Source: Sumerlaeia bacterium (GTDB lineage Bacteria; Sumerlaeota; Sumerlaeia; SLMS01; JAHLLQ01). Taken from it: DNA of 64,000 nucleotides. Both the position numbers and the translations under genes were made by a program. This document shows, in pieces, positions 19,577 through 29,566 of this stretch (within the stretch, counting starts at the first letter, position 1; every line of letters starts with the position of its first letter). Where the stretch lies: positions 64,001-128,000 of the forward strand of contig JAVJSW010000004.1 of assembly GCA_040219255.1 (NCBI GenBank). Reading direction: 5' to 3'. The notes under the pieces were generated by a model. It saw nothing but the letters and a program-made list of their open reading frames with translations, was not told the DNA's origin and did not search any database.

Positions 19577-22500
19577 TTATTCGAACAACGACCAGTCGGT
19601 CACCGTCGAGGCCGGTTCTTGATTTCTGGTGGGTGGGATGGCCACACCCGGATTGGAAGAAGCAAGTACCGTGAAGGAGCCGGGCAGAACCGCGCTGGTT
19701 CCATCGGGATTCACCACGGTCACGTTGCGGGGGCCAGTGACGGCGCCGGGAGAAATGTCGATGGTGAGCGACAGTTCATTGCCCGAGCGGACGATCGGTT
19801 GGCCCACGAGGGTGATGCCCGAGCCGAAGCGCGCCATGGCTCCGCCGTTGAAGTTGCGTCCGAAGATCGTCATGTTCAACCGCGTTCCCTGGGTGCCGCG
19901 GGGAGGCGTCACCGCCGTTACCGCGAGGGTCGGGTTCGTCACCGTGCCACCGCCAGGCACACGTACCAGAGAGCGGTTCGTGCGGGCGTTGAAACCGGCG
20001 CCGATGACCCGGTTTTCGTAGTAGGCGTTGAGCGCGCCCAAGGTTCGGAGACCGAAAGTGCGGCCCGATTCGGCCACCATCAGGTCCAGATCGCCGTCGC
20101 CGTCGCCGTCGAGAAGCGTCACCGCGCGCGCTACACCGTCGGGTTCTTCGAAACCTTCGGGGAATTGGGTGCTGAGCGGGTGGGGCACTTCATTGGTGGC
20201 GGCTTGGAACCGGGCCACGCCCTCGAAGCCGAGATTGGCGAAGATGCGGGCGGAAGCTTCCTCGCCACGCAACGTCGCAACCGCCGTGGCGAAGTCGAGC
20301 CAGCCGTCGAGGTTAATGTCGCCCACTTCGATGTCGAAGGTCGGCTCGAAGCCCAGCGAGCTAAGCGCCTGATTCGTTTGAACGCTGAAGTTGCCGTTGC
20401 CGTCGTTCGACAGATAGGCGCCGCCGCCATCGGCGGAAACCAGGATCACATCGTAGACCGGATTGTACTGGCCGTTGCCGTCCATGTCCACATAGCGCGG
20501 AGCGCGGCGGGTCAGGAAGACACTGGAGAGATCGGAGGCTTCGCGCATGAGATCGACGACGGGGATGATGTACTCGCTGTCGGTGCGGTCGCGCACCTCG
20601 ACGTTTGGATCGTCGAGGGTGCCGTCCGCCTCGAGAGCGCGAACGATGTTCTCGAAGTTGAGGATCTCGGTCGAAGTCACATCGCCGTCACCGTTGATGT
20701 CCTCGGAAATGTCGCCCTTGCGGCCGAAGTCCGCGACGGCGGCGCGGGTAAAGGACCCGGTGACCGAGGGGAATCCGATGGCTTCGGCGAAGACGCCGAC
20801 GGTGCCGCCCTGGACGCCGCCCTGATTGACCAGGAGAACGACTTCCTCCACGAAGTTCGGCCCGGGCTCGACGAAGGCCGATGCGTCGCGGTTGACCACG
20901 AGGATGTCGAGGTCACCGTCGTTTTCGACGTCGAACATCACGGCATGGCCGGAGTCGTCGATGATCGGGCCGCTTTCCGGCAGGCCGATGTAATCGACTT
21001 GAGGAAGGCGGACGCCGGTCTCGTCGACGAAGCGGAACTCGGTCGGATCGGCGGGATTCTCCGCAATGTTGATCAGGAGTGCGTTCGGTGCGCCGGTGTT
21101 ATTGATGCCATTGGCCACGAAGATGTCGGGCCGGCCATCGTTGTTCACATCGCCGACGGCGATCGAATTTGTGAAGGAGGCGATTTCGATCAGTTGGGGC
21201 ATCAGGTCCGTGTTGTCCTCGTAGATGCCGTCGCCGAGTTCCTCTTCCACGATGATATCCTGTGGGAAGGTGCCATCGCGCGGGTCCACGTCGTAACGTT
21301 CCAGAGGATTGTAGAACGTCGTGTTGAAGCTGCGCAGGAAGGCGTCGTCGGCGAAGAGCAGATCGCCGTTCGAGTCGCGGTTGAGGAAGAGCTGATTGCG
21401 GTCGCCATAGTTGGCGAGGACGAGATCGAGGTCTCCGTCGAGATCGAAGTCGGCAAAGGCCGCATCGGCGCTGGGGACCGGAATCGCGTTGAAGAACGAC
21501 GACGGGATCGCAAGGCCAGGGGTGGCGGTGCGGCCCGCGGGGGAACCGGTGGGGGCGGGGGTGAAGACCGCCATGCCGGGCACGTCGTTCCAGCCGCGAT
21601 TTGTCAGCAGGAACGAGAAGTCGCCCGTGTCCGTGAGGATCGCACCGTTGACCACGAAGAGATCCGGATCGCCGTCGCGGTCGACGTCGCCATGGATAAG
21701 GCTCGAGGCGATGCCGGCGCTGGCGATGGACGGGCCACCGGGTGAGTTGATGGCGCCGCTGTAGAGGTCATCGATGTAGTCGCGGGTGCGATCGAAGAAC
21801 AGAGGCCGGTCGGTGACGCTGAAGATGTCGGGCGGAAGGTCCGGCGAATAGAGCGAATTGATGTAGAGGAGCGATTGTCCGGCGGCGTTGGCCACGAAAA
21901 GGTCCAGGTCGCCGTCGAGATCGCAATCGAAGGGGATGATGGTGCTGCCGCCGATGTTGGGGTTCGGGCGGAGGGAAGCGCCGCCGGCTTCGTTGTAGGA
22001 AGCCGCGGTGCTGCCGAAGCCATCGATGTTGAAGATCATGTTCGAGGGACCGCCGCCACCGGCCACGACGTTGAGAGGCGTCTGCGTGGGGGCATCGCTG
22101 GTGGTGACGATGTCCTTCGTGCCGTCGTTATTCATGTCCGCCACCGCAATGTCGCGAACACGGCCCTGGGTGGGGATAATCCCGCTATAGATCAACGCGA
22201 CCTCATCGGCCGAGAAGATGATCGTCGGTGCGATGATCGGCTGAGGAATCGTGAACGGGTTGAGGTTGTTGTAGATTCCGGGAACGACGGAGTAGAAACC
22301 GGAGGAAACGCCACCGATGCCGAAGAACGTGTTCTCCGAGGCGAAGCTTGGGAAGGAGCGCCCGATGAGTGCGTCGAGCCCGAAGATGCGATCTCCGTAG
22401 TCCGCCAGGGGTGGCAGAATCGGCGTTCCGTTGTTGGCGGTGCCGTCCAGGAAACTGGCCATCCCGAATCCGCCGATGTCTCCGGCGACCATGGCGGTGG

Positions 22501-25500
22501 TGGAGGACTGCAGGATTCCGCCGCCCGACTGGGAGATCAGATCGTCCTGGCCGTCCAGATAGGGATCGAAGTACTGACCGGCGGAGCCGTTGGGAACGCC
22601 GATCGCTCCGAAGGGAATGCCGGGGTAATCGAAGCCGAAATCGAGTTGGAAGAAATACCCGTCGTCGATCAGGTCGCCATCCACATCGGCGTTCACCATC
22701 ACCGGATCGTATCCGTCGATACGGCTGACGATGTCGGGAGAGAAGCGCGTGTTTCCGATGCGCAGATCGACGCCGCCGCCGCTGCGGACGAAGCGGCCCG
22801 CGGCGATCTCGACAGTTCGGGAGAAGTCTTCTTCGACCTCCGCGGAGTTGTTGGGATTTTCTGTGGGAAGCAGGTCGGGATAGGTTGGAGGCAGGCGGTC
22901 GTCCGGAACGCCCGTGAAGACGTTGAAGTTGCCGTCCTGGCCGAGGGTTTCGTCGCGCATGAAGAACGAGTCGAAGAACAAGCCCTGGTTGTTGGGTTCC
23001 TGGGGGAAGACCGCGTCGCGCACGCCTTGCGGGTTGTCCAGGAAAGCCAGGAAGGCGTCTGGAGTTCCGCGAGGCAGGACGGAAGCTTCGGTGGTCAGTT
23101 CGTTGATGAGTTCGTCGCGGCGGTTGATGAGGATGCGCTCACTCATTTCCATAAAGCCGCCAGTCGGACCGAAGGTGTCCGCATCGACCGGATACTGGAA
23201 GACGCCGCGCGACGTGCCAGCCAAGTCGATGAATTCGTCGTAGTTGGCGATGACGAGGTCGAGATCGCCGTCCGAGTCGACATCGACGGCCACGCCACGG
23301 CGCGAGTTGTCCGGGGCGAAGCGTTCGAAGATCGTGCGCTTCGTGTTCAGGATGCCGGGCAGGGCGAGGTCGCTGATGTCGAAGAAGAACCCATCGCCGA
23401 GAGGATCGTTGTCCGGGACCGGGTTGATATTCGAATCATCGACGTCGATGTTGATGTAAAGACGGTTGGTGCCGATGCCCGTGTTCGGATCGATGGCGTT
23501 GAACTCGTAGAGGTCGAGGTCGCCGTCGAGGTCGAAATCGAAGAGCACGACGTGCTCGGTGATGCTCTGGGTCACCGGCAGGCGGTCGTCGTCGGTGTTG
23601 ACGATGACATCGGAGCCGAAGGTGACGTCGCGGAAGTAACCAGGGTTGGCGGCGCCGAGGTTCATGTAGATGCGGTTGACGAGGCCGGCGTTGCTCTGGC
23701 CGTCGTCCGGGCTACCGGTGGAGCCGCCGGAGCGGCCCGCCACGGCGATAACCAAATCCGGATAACCGTCGCCATTGATGTCGCCGGCGGCGGCGCTGCG
23801 GATGATCAGATCGTCGGGGGGCAGGCGGGAGAGGTCGGGGCGGACCGTCGCGGGGGATTGGTCGAGGAACGCGATAATGCCTTCCTCACAGAAATCGCCG
23901 GTGCCGTCGCCGTCCGTATCGGCCTGGTCGGGGTTGAAGACGTCGGGGCAGTTGTCGGCGCCATTGTCCACGCCGTCGCCATCGATGTCGCCATCGCAGG
24001 CGTCGCCGGATCCATCGCCGTCGAGGTCGTTTTGCTCGGGGTTCGGGGTATTGATGCAGTTATCGAGAGAGTCCGGGACGCCGTCGCCGTCGAAGTCGTT
24101 TTCACAGACATCGCCGACGCCATCGCCATCCGTATCGGTCTGGTCCGGGTTGACTGCGGAAGGGCAGTTGTCCGTGATGTCGTCGATTCCGTCGCCATCG
24201 TCGTCGTCGTCGCAGACATCGCCGATGCCATCGCCATCCTGATCGGATTGCTCGAAGTTCTGAATGAAGGGGCAGTTGTCGACGCTGTCCGGAACGCCGT
24301 CAGAGTCGATGTCGCCTTGGCAGACATCTCCGATGCCGTCGCCGTTGGTGTCGAGTTGGTCGTCGTTGGCCGTGTAGGGACAATTGTCTTCGTCGTTCTT
24401 GATGCCGTCGAAGTCGAAGTCGTCCTGGAAGAGGTCGGTGCGGGTGGCCACGTTGAGGATGATGTTGACGGGCTGTAGGAGTTGCCCTTCCGCCAGACTG
24501 AGCGGGAAGCCATCGGAGGCGTTGTCGGCGGAGAGTTGTGCCGGGGAGGTTTGCGGGATGCCGTTTTCGACGCCGCGCAGGGCCAGCGCCGCCGGATCGC
24601 CACCAGCCGGTTCGTTGGTGTAGGTACCGCCGAGGGTGATCACGCGGCTGCTGTTGGGGCTCACCGGTTCCGGATCGAAGCGATAGATGATGCCGCGGCC
24701 GATGCGGGCCGCCGTCGTGGCGTCGATCGTATCGGTGAAGGGGCTGCCGCCCGGTTCGTAATTCCAGAGGGTCGCCACGCGGCGGTCGCGGATGCGGTCA
24801 TCGCGAACGACCATGAGGCGATCCGGTTGGGTCAGATTGAGGCTGGTCGAGGCGGAGCCGAACACCATGAATTCCAGGGTGGGGGCGAAGGGGCTGTCGA
24901 ACCAGTTGATGCGCGAGGGAATCGCGTCCTCGCCTTCCGCACCATAGGCCGTTTCCTCTTGAATGACTTCGCCATCGGCATAAACGGTGGGAATGAGGAG
25001 GGTATTGGTGCCTTTGGCCTCAACGCCTTGATCGTCGATGGTGCGGAAGAGTTGGCTGACGGTTGCGAGGTAATGCTGGGCCACACCGAAGGAATACGTT
25101 TCCTCGGTGGTGTTCAGGAATTCGTAGGTCAGCAGGAAGCCGCGGTCCTCGATGCCGCTGAAAGCGGGATAGGCGTCGAGTTCGATGCGCTGGACGAGGA
25201 CGCCGATACGGCGTCCCAGGCGGTCGGTGATCTCGTAGGACGCCTCGATCACATTGCGGTCGTCATCCAACACCGTGACGTCGCCCAAGTTGGAGAACCC
25301 GAAGTCGCGGGCGTCGAAGTCGAAAACAGAACCGTCGCTATCGCGCACAAGGCGAACGACGGTGATGTTCGTCAGAGGGTCTTCGTTTTCGTACTGGCCC
25401 AGGTAGATAAGACCTTCGGCGAGACCAGCGGTAATGTTGCCCGCGCTGAAATCGCGCTCTTCCCCCGTGGCATCGTTGACGAACGTGTCGAGTTCCATCG

Positions 25501-27028
25501 CGACAAGGCCAAAGCGGTTGCGCACCACCTCGGGCAGGTTGTCGTCGATTTCCTCGATGCCGTCTCCGAGGCGGAAGGTGCTGGGTTCTTCGACGCCGCC
25601 GAAGAACTCCTGCGGGCCGGTGATCACCGGCGCGTTGGCGGCGGACTGGGGATCGAAGACGAATTCCCGTTCGTCCACGAAGATGTAGTAGTTGTCCGCC
25701 GGGGGAAAGCCCTGGAGCGAGTAGGAACCATCGTTGCCGATGCTGACCTCGTCGCGAATGGGTGAATTGGCGCCGAAGGTTTCTCCACCGCCAACCGGCG
25801 TGGCGAGGCCGCCGCCGGAGACCGTGTGGGCTATCAATTGAACCCGTTCGATGTCTTCTTCCTGGAGGAAGTCGAAGCGGGCGTTGCGGCCCGAAATTGT
25901 GTCCTGGTTTTCGAAAGAGCCCGACTCCAGCGGCACACCGAAATAAACGATGTAGTCGGAAATGGGAGCCTGATTGTAGGCTAGGCCGGCGACATTGATG
26001 AAGTCGCTGCCAAGCACTTGGCCAGCGAAACCCGCGCTGCCGGCGTATTCGCTTGACGGGTAAAGCTTGCCAAGGGTCGCGCGGTCGTCGAAATCGAGGG
26101 TTCGCATCTCATACGGATTGACGGCGAAGGAGCCGGTGAAGGCGATGTTGCCGCTCATGGTCGAACTGTAGATATGCGAAAGCGCCAGGCCGGCGATGCG
26201 GCCAGCGGCCTGGGTGAAGAAGGCTTCGATGTCGAGTTCGCCGAGAAGGTCGCTCTCGTCCGTACCTGGGTTGACAAAGACGAGGTCCTCGATGTCTTCC
26301 GGGTACTGCTGGAAGTTGTCCTCCAAACTGTTGAAGATGATATCGACGTCGATCAGTTCGCCCGCCTTGTAAGGCCGGGACTGGAAGACCGCGTCGGCGA
26401 TCAGTTCGGTGTCGGGAGTGAAATCCAGAATAATGGTGTCGGGAGCGTCCAGGATGGCGATGTCCTGCTGGAAGAGAAGGCTCTCTTCCTCCGGATCGAA
26501 ATCCTGGATGAAATAGGACTGAAGGGTGTCGTATACCACGCCATCGCCGAGGGCCACGTTGGGGTCGCGGAAGGTGACGAGGTTGGCACCGTCGAGTTTG
26601 GCTTCCTGCGCGATCCGCACGGGGATGATGTTGCCGTCCAAAGTGACGAAAATTTCGGGGGCTTGGTCAGACGTGAGGACGTTTTCCGAGAATTCGAACT
26701 CGGCCAGATCGACATCGTTCCAGCGAGCCAGGGCGCGCTCCATACCGGAAAGGATGTCCTGATCGTCGATGTCGTTGAGGTTCAGCGTCGGGTCCAGGAT
26801 GCTGTTCACATCCGGCACGGCGCCGAAGGGGGCGAAGACATAGACCTGGACGGGCATGTCTTCCTCGGACCAGGACACAGGCCGGAAGACGATGAAGTCG
26901 TCGCTCGCTGTGGAGGGGTCGCCCTCGGCCACGATGGGGACGCGGGTCAGGGCGCCCGCGAACAGATTGGCAGCCATGCCCAAAGAGAGGGTCATGGCCA
27001 GGGCGGCTTTGGCTCGAAGCTGGTCCAT
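19577..27028 (-). CDS. Giant secreted protein: inactive matrixin-like domain, thrombospondin type-3 repeats, FG-GAP/VCBS repeats, IPT/TIG-like domain, C-terminal Trp tail
   Basis: About 2480 aa; signal peptide after MDQLRAK (AAGGA upstream; ORF track start 27082). DNCP..NPDQxDxDGDGxGDxC repeats, many DxDxDGDLDL repeats, VTPPRG..VTVVNPDG, ends ASTVTDWSLFE. Confidence 0.88.
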   Translation of the reverse strand: MDQLRAKAALAMTLSLGMAANLFAGALTRVPIVAEGDPSTASDDFIVFRPVSWSEEDMPVQVYVFAPFGAVPDVNSILDPTLNLNDIDDQDILSGMERALARWNDVDLAEFEFSENVLTSDQAPEIFVTLDGNIIPVRIAQEAKLDGANLVTFRDPNVALGDGVVYDTLQSYFIQDFDPEEESLLFQQDIAILDAPDTIILDFTPDTELIADAVFQSRPYKAGELIDVDIIFNSLEDNFQQYPEDIEDLVFVNPGTDESDLLGELDIEAFFTQAAGRIAGLALSHIYSSTMSGNIAFTGSFAVNPYEMRTLDFDDRATLGKLYPSSEYAGSAGFAGQVLGSDFINVAGLAYNQAPISDYIVYFGVPLESGSFENQDTISGRNARFDFLQEEDIERVQLIAHTVSGGGLATPVGGGETFGANSPIRDEVSIGNDGSYSLQGFPPADNYYIFVDEREFVFDPQSAANAPVITGPQEFFGGVEEPSTFRLGDGIEEIDDNLPEVVRNRFGLVAMELDTFVNDATGEERDFSAGNITAGLAEGLIYLGQYENEDPLTNITVVRLVRDSDGSVFDFDARDFGFSNLGDVTVLDDDRNVIEASYEITDRLGRRIGVLVQRIELDAYPAFSGIEDRGFLLTYEFLNTTEETYSFGVAQHYLATVSQLFRTIDDQGVEAKGTNTLLIPTVYADGEVIQEETAYGAEGEDAIPSRINWFDSPFAPTLEFMVFGSASTSLNLTQPDRLMVVRDDRIRDRRVATLWNYEPGGSPFTDTIDATTAARIGRGIIYRFDPEPVSPNSSRVITLGGTYTNEPAGGDPAALALRGVENGIPQTSPAQLSADNASDGFPLSLAEGQLLQPVNIILNVATRTDLFQDDFDFDGIKNDEDNCPYTANDDQLDTNGDGIGDVCQGDIDSDGVPDSVDNCPFIQNFEQSDQDGDGIGDVCDDDDDGDGIDDITDNCPSAVNPDQTDTDGDGVGDVCENDFDGDGVPDSLDNCINTPNPEQNDLDGDGSGDACDGDIDGDGVDNGADNCPDVFNPDQADTDGDGTGDFCEEGIIAFLDQSPATVRPDLSRLPPDDLIIRSAAAGDINGDGYPDLVIAVAGRSGGSTGSPDDGQSNAGLVNRIYMNLGAANPGYFRDVTFGSDVIVNTDDDRLPVTQSITEHVVLFDFDLDGDLDLYEFNAIDPNTGIGTNRLYINIDVDDSNINPVPDNDPLGDGFFFDISDLALPGILNTKRTIFERFAPDNSRRGVAVDVDSDGDLDLVIANYDEFIDLAGTSRGVFQYPVDADTFGPTGGFMEMSERILINRRDELINELTTEASVLPRGTPDAFLAFLDNPQGVRDAVFPQEPNNQGLFFDSFFMRDETLGQDGNFNVFTGVPDDRLPPTYPDLLPTENPNNSAEVEEDFSRTVEIAAGRFVRSGGGVDLRIGNTRFSPDIVSRIDGYDPVMVNADVDGDLIDDGYFFQLDFGFDYPGIPFGAIGVPNGSAGQYFDPYLDGQDDLISQSGGGILQSSTTAMVAGDIGGFGMASFLDGTANNGTPILPPLADYGDRIFGLDALIGRSFPSFASENTFFGIGGVSSGFYSVVPGIYNNLNPFTIPQPIIAPTIIFSADEVALIYSGIIPTQGRVRDIAVADMNNDGTKDIVTTSDAPTQTPLNVVAGGGGPSNMIFNIDGFGSTAASYNEAGGASLRPNPNIGGSTIIPFDCDLDGDLDLFVANAAGQSLLYINSLYSPDLPPDIFSVTDRPLFFDRTRDYIDDLYSGAINSPGGPSIASAGIASSLIHGDVDRDGDPDLFVVNGAILTDTGDFSFLLTNRGWNDVPGMAVFTPAPTGSPAGRTATPGLAIPSSFFNAIPVPSADAAFADFDLDGDLDLVLANYGDRNQLFLNRDSNGDLLFADDAFLRSFNTTFYNPLERYDVDPRDGTFPQDIIVEEELGDGIYEDNTDLMPQLIEIASFTNSIAVGDVNNDGRPDIFVANGINNTGAPNALLINIAENPADPTEFRFVDETGVRLPQVDYIGLPESGPIIDDSGHAVMFDVENDGDLDILVVNRDASAFVEPGPNFVEEVVLLVNQGGVQGGTVGVFAEAIGFPSVTGSFTRAAVADFGRKGDISEDINGDGDVTSTEILNFENIVRALEADGTLDDPNVEVRDRTDSEYIIPVVDLMREASDLSSVFLTRRAPRYVDMDGNGQYNPVYDVILVSADGGGAYLSNDGNGNFSVQTNQALSSLGFEPTFDIEVGDINLDGWLDFATAVATLRGEEASARIFANLGFEGVARFQAATNEVPHPLSTQFPEGFEEPDGVARAVTLLDGDGDGDLDLMVAESGRTFGLRTLGALNAYYENRVIGAGFNARTNRSLVRVPGGGTVTNPTLAVTAVTPPRGTQGTRLNMTIFGRNFNGGAMARFGSGITLVGQPIVRSGNELSLTIDISPGAVTGPRNVTVVNPDGTSAVLPGSFTVLASSNPGVAIPPTRNQEPASTVTDWSLFE
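23885..24425 (-). repeat. Thrombospondin type-3 (Ca-binding) repeat array within the giant CDS
   Basis: Five tandem units of DGxxDxxDNC(P/I)xxxNxxQxDxDGDGxGDxC. Confidence 0.9.
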
Positions 27029-27130
27029 CCGCGTCACATTCCTTCGTCGGCACAGGTTGGGAGATTCAACAGGCGTTCGCATATCAGGTGGCAGGCCGGG
27101 GAGAAACCCGGGGCGCCGGTGCGGCGGGCA

Positions 27131-28021
27131 TCAGGGCGCGTAGGCGCTCTTACCCGTCGAGGCGTCCTCGGCGGCGCTTTTCCCTTTCGTGGCTTGTTCG
27201 GCTTCTTTTTCCAGACTCAATTGGCGCAGTTCGAGCAGGCGTTGCATCTCTTGCGAGGAGACCTTGCCGATGGGCGTCAGGCCCGAGCGGCCGGATTTGC
27301 CGTCGTCGACCGGATCGAAGGCCCGCAGAGCCACAGCGTCGTCCTGCATTTTCGAGACCTGCACTTCGCCCACGGTCGGGATATGCCGGGTCACTTTGTC
27401 CGCGCCCTTGGTCGTGAGCACCTTGCTCAATTCCATCGCGAAGCGGTCGAGGGAGGGGGACTTGTCCGTGCTGGCCTTGTCGCCGCCGCGGGTCACGAGA
27501 GCCACCGGGCGCGTCATGGTCTTATCGGTTCCGGCGATGGGCGTTTCCACGTCCTGGCGGACGACGGTGAACTTGCCCTGCCAGCCGCCGACGAGTTTGG
27601 GCGATTTGACCAGAGGCGAGTCCTCGTCGACTTCCAAGGACTTGCCGGCTTTCAGCGCCCGCGCCTGCGGGTTGCTGGTGAAAAGGATCACTTCCTCGCC
27701 CACCGTGAACCGCGGGGTGGCGGTGGAGAAGGAGGCCAGTTGGCCCATGCGGCCTCCGGGCAGCGTCATCTCCAGCGTCGAGCCGGACTTGATGGCGCCC
27801 TTGTAGGACTCGACCACCTTGAAGTCGAAGTGGGTCACGATGAGGCCGCCGAGCATTTCCGCTTCGGCGTTCTCGACGGTGGCATGGACGATGTCCTCGG
27901 CCACGGCCGCCAGCTCCTCGACCGCCATGGGAACCACGGAAGCCGCCCGCGCGGGAGCCGACGCAAAGGCCAGGGCGAGAAGCGCGAGGAGGGAGAAGAG
28001 GGATGACTTGCGGATGTTCAT
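27131..28021 (-). CDS. Secreted hypothetical protein resembling those often encoded next to matrixin-family genes
   Basis: Signal peptide MNIRKSSLFSLLALLALAFASAPARA; EELAAVAEDIVHATV...PGG..G...PRFTVGEEVILF...GGWQGKF. Confidence 0.75.
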   Translation of the reverse strand: MNIRKSSLFSLLALLALAFASAPARAASVVPMAVEELAAVAEDIVHATVENAEAEMLGGLIVTHFDFKVVESYKGAIKSGSTLEMTLPGGRMGQLASFSTATPRFTVGEEVILFTSNPQARALKAGKSLEVDEDSPLVKSPKLVGGWQGKFTVVRQDVETPIAGTDKTMTRPVALVTRGGDKASTDKSPSLDRFAMELSKVLTTKGADKVTRHIPTVGEVQVSKMQDDAVALRAFDPVDDGKSGRSGLTPIGKVSSQEMQRLLELRQLSLEKEAEQATKGKSAAEDASTGKSAYAP

Positions 28022-28050
28022 AGAGGTCAAGGCTCTCTTGGGGGTCGGGT

Positions 28051-28740
28051 CTAGAGTCGGTTGCAATCGCAGCGGGGCTGATCGAATTCGTCGTAGAGGA
28101 AGACTCTCATGGCCGGTTTCTGGCTTTGGAATCGGTAGATGTTGCCCTCGCTGACCGTGCCATTGGTCGGATCGTAGTCGAAGCGAAAGGATTGGGAGGA
28201 CAGCAAGGGGTCGCGAGGATAATCCCCCAACGACGATGGCTGGCCCATGATCCCATCCGGTCCGACAGACACGATGGCCCACTCATCAACACATTTCTCA
28301 ATGGAATTGATGATGAGGCGGTCCCAGTACTCGAGAACGTTGTGGGGAGGGGCAAGCTTAGTTTCGAAGGGGTCAATGGGGATTTGGCTCAGGTAGGAGA
28401 TGGGAGTGGTCAGACGGGCCAGGTCTTCGACCTTTTCCTCGGCCTCGCCCATATCGGCGGGCCGGTTCTGAGTTCTTCCCTCGGCGCAGGCGTCCATGTA
28501 GAGGATCAGGTTCTTTTCCGTCTGCCGGGGCGGGTATTGGCCGAAATCGACGTGATAGCTCTCCAGGGCGGTGGCCATGATGCGCTCGTCGTTGAGGACG
28601 CGGGCGACTTTGGCGCGGGTCTGGGCTTCCAGGAAATTGGGAACCGCGATGGACGCCAGGATGCTGATGATCGCCGTGACGATCAGCAGCTCGATCAACG
28701 TGAAGGCGCGGCGGCGGGGCGTGGTGGCTGCTGCGGTCAT
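28051..28740 (-). CDS. Prepilin-type N-terminal cleavage/methylation domain protein (GspG-like pseudopilin)
   Basis: RRRA|FTLIELLIVTAIISILASIAVPNFLEAQTRAKVAR; LTTPISYL..IPIDPF; SVGPD; YDPTNGTVSEGNI. Confidence 0.92.
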   Translation of the reverse strand: MTAAATTPRRRAFTLIELLIVTAIISILASIAVPNFLEAQTRAKVARVLNDERIMATALESYHVDFGQYPPRQTEKNLILYMDACAEGRTQNRPADMGEAEEKVEDLARLTTPISYLSQIPIDPFETKLAPPHNVLEYWDRLIINSIEKCVDEWAIVSVGPDGIMGQPSSLGDYPRDPLLSSQSFRFDYDPTNGTVSEGNIYRFQSQKPAMRVFLYDEFDQPRCDCNRL

Positions 28741-29054
28741 AAGAAAGCGGCGACTTTCTCCGTCTCCGGGTCGGGTCTCGGGCATTCGGGTCGTCATACC
28801 ATCAAGGAAGTCTGGGACGCCGCGGCGGGCCGTCACGAAAAAAAGCGGGCCTGAAAAAAACAGCTTCGGGGGCGGCGCAAACCGGTCGATCTCAAGGCAG
28901 ACGAGTCCCTTTCGCGGGCTATCAGGTCAAGCGCAAAGGGGCTTTGGGGGGGATGGCATTCGGGACTTGACGGTCTTGCCGGGCGTCGGCGCAGGTGAGC
29001 GCCAATGGTGGTGTTCCACCCAGCCCCCGCGATTTTCCGAGAGGAGTTTCCGCC

Positions 29055-29507
29055 TTGGCCGCAACCCGCACCCGCACTCCCCGTTCGACCTCGACGCCGC
29101 GCCGGGCCGCCTCTGGCGGCGGCCGGAGCAAGGGCGCCTCCACCAGCAAGCCCCGCGCCGCCAAGGCTTCAAGGAGCCGGGGCGGCGGCGTTCCCTTCTG
29201 GGTCCGGTGGGGATCGTAGGCGCTCCTGCTGGCGGCGGCGTTGATGGCGGGGTATCTTCTGCGGTCCTACGCGCCCTTGCCGCTGCCCGGCGATCCGCGC
29301 CTGTCGGGAATGGAAAGTCCGCTCTCCGACCCGCCGATGGTTTCCACCGCGGTGGAGAGTACGGCCCGCGACAGCCTGCGCCGCGCCGAACAGGCCGAGG
29401 GCGAAGTGCAGCGGCTGAAGAGCGAGCTGTACCAAGTGCAGGAACGTCAGGAACGCACGGAGGCGGAACTGGCGGACATCCAGTTGAAGGCGCTGCTGAG
29501 CGACTGA
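29055..29507 (+). pseudogene. Bitopic membrane/coiled-coil protein interrupted by an in-frame TAG (29217-29219)
   Basis: ORFs 28995..29219 and 29241..29507 share a frame. GAGGAG RBS precedes TTG 29055. The joined product is a basic N-terminus, a TM helix spanning the stop, then a coiled coil. Confidence 0.6.
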
Positions 29508-29566
29508 CGCGGCGCATCAGCGCCCTATCGCACTTCGGACATACTGTTATAACTCACTTAGAGACT

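Noticed and set aside
23885-24425. Repetitive GTC/GCC-rich DNA that could be mistaken for a CRISPR array or tandem DNA repeat
   Set aside because: It is the coding thrombospondin type-3 repeat; there are no identical repeats with unique spacers and no cas genes.
19520-28006. Very long + strand ORFs (e.g. 19520..21745, 21875..24478, 26174..28006) opposite the giant gene, and similar ones opposite tkt, metG, murA and ychF
   Set aside because: Antisense shadow frames expected from high-GC codon bias; no motifs, and the opposite strand carries recognisable proteins.
29531-29562. AT-rich ACTTCGGACATACTGTTATAACTCACTT between convergent genes, superficially dif- or att-like
   Set aside because: It does not fit the 11-6-11 XerC/XerD geometry, and there is no integrase or second copy in the window.
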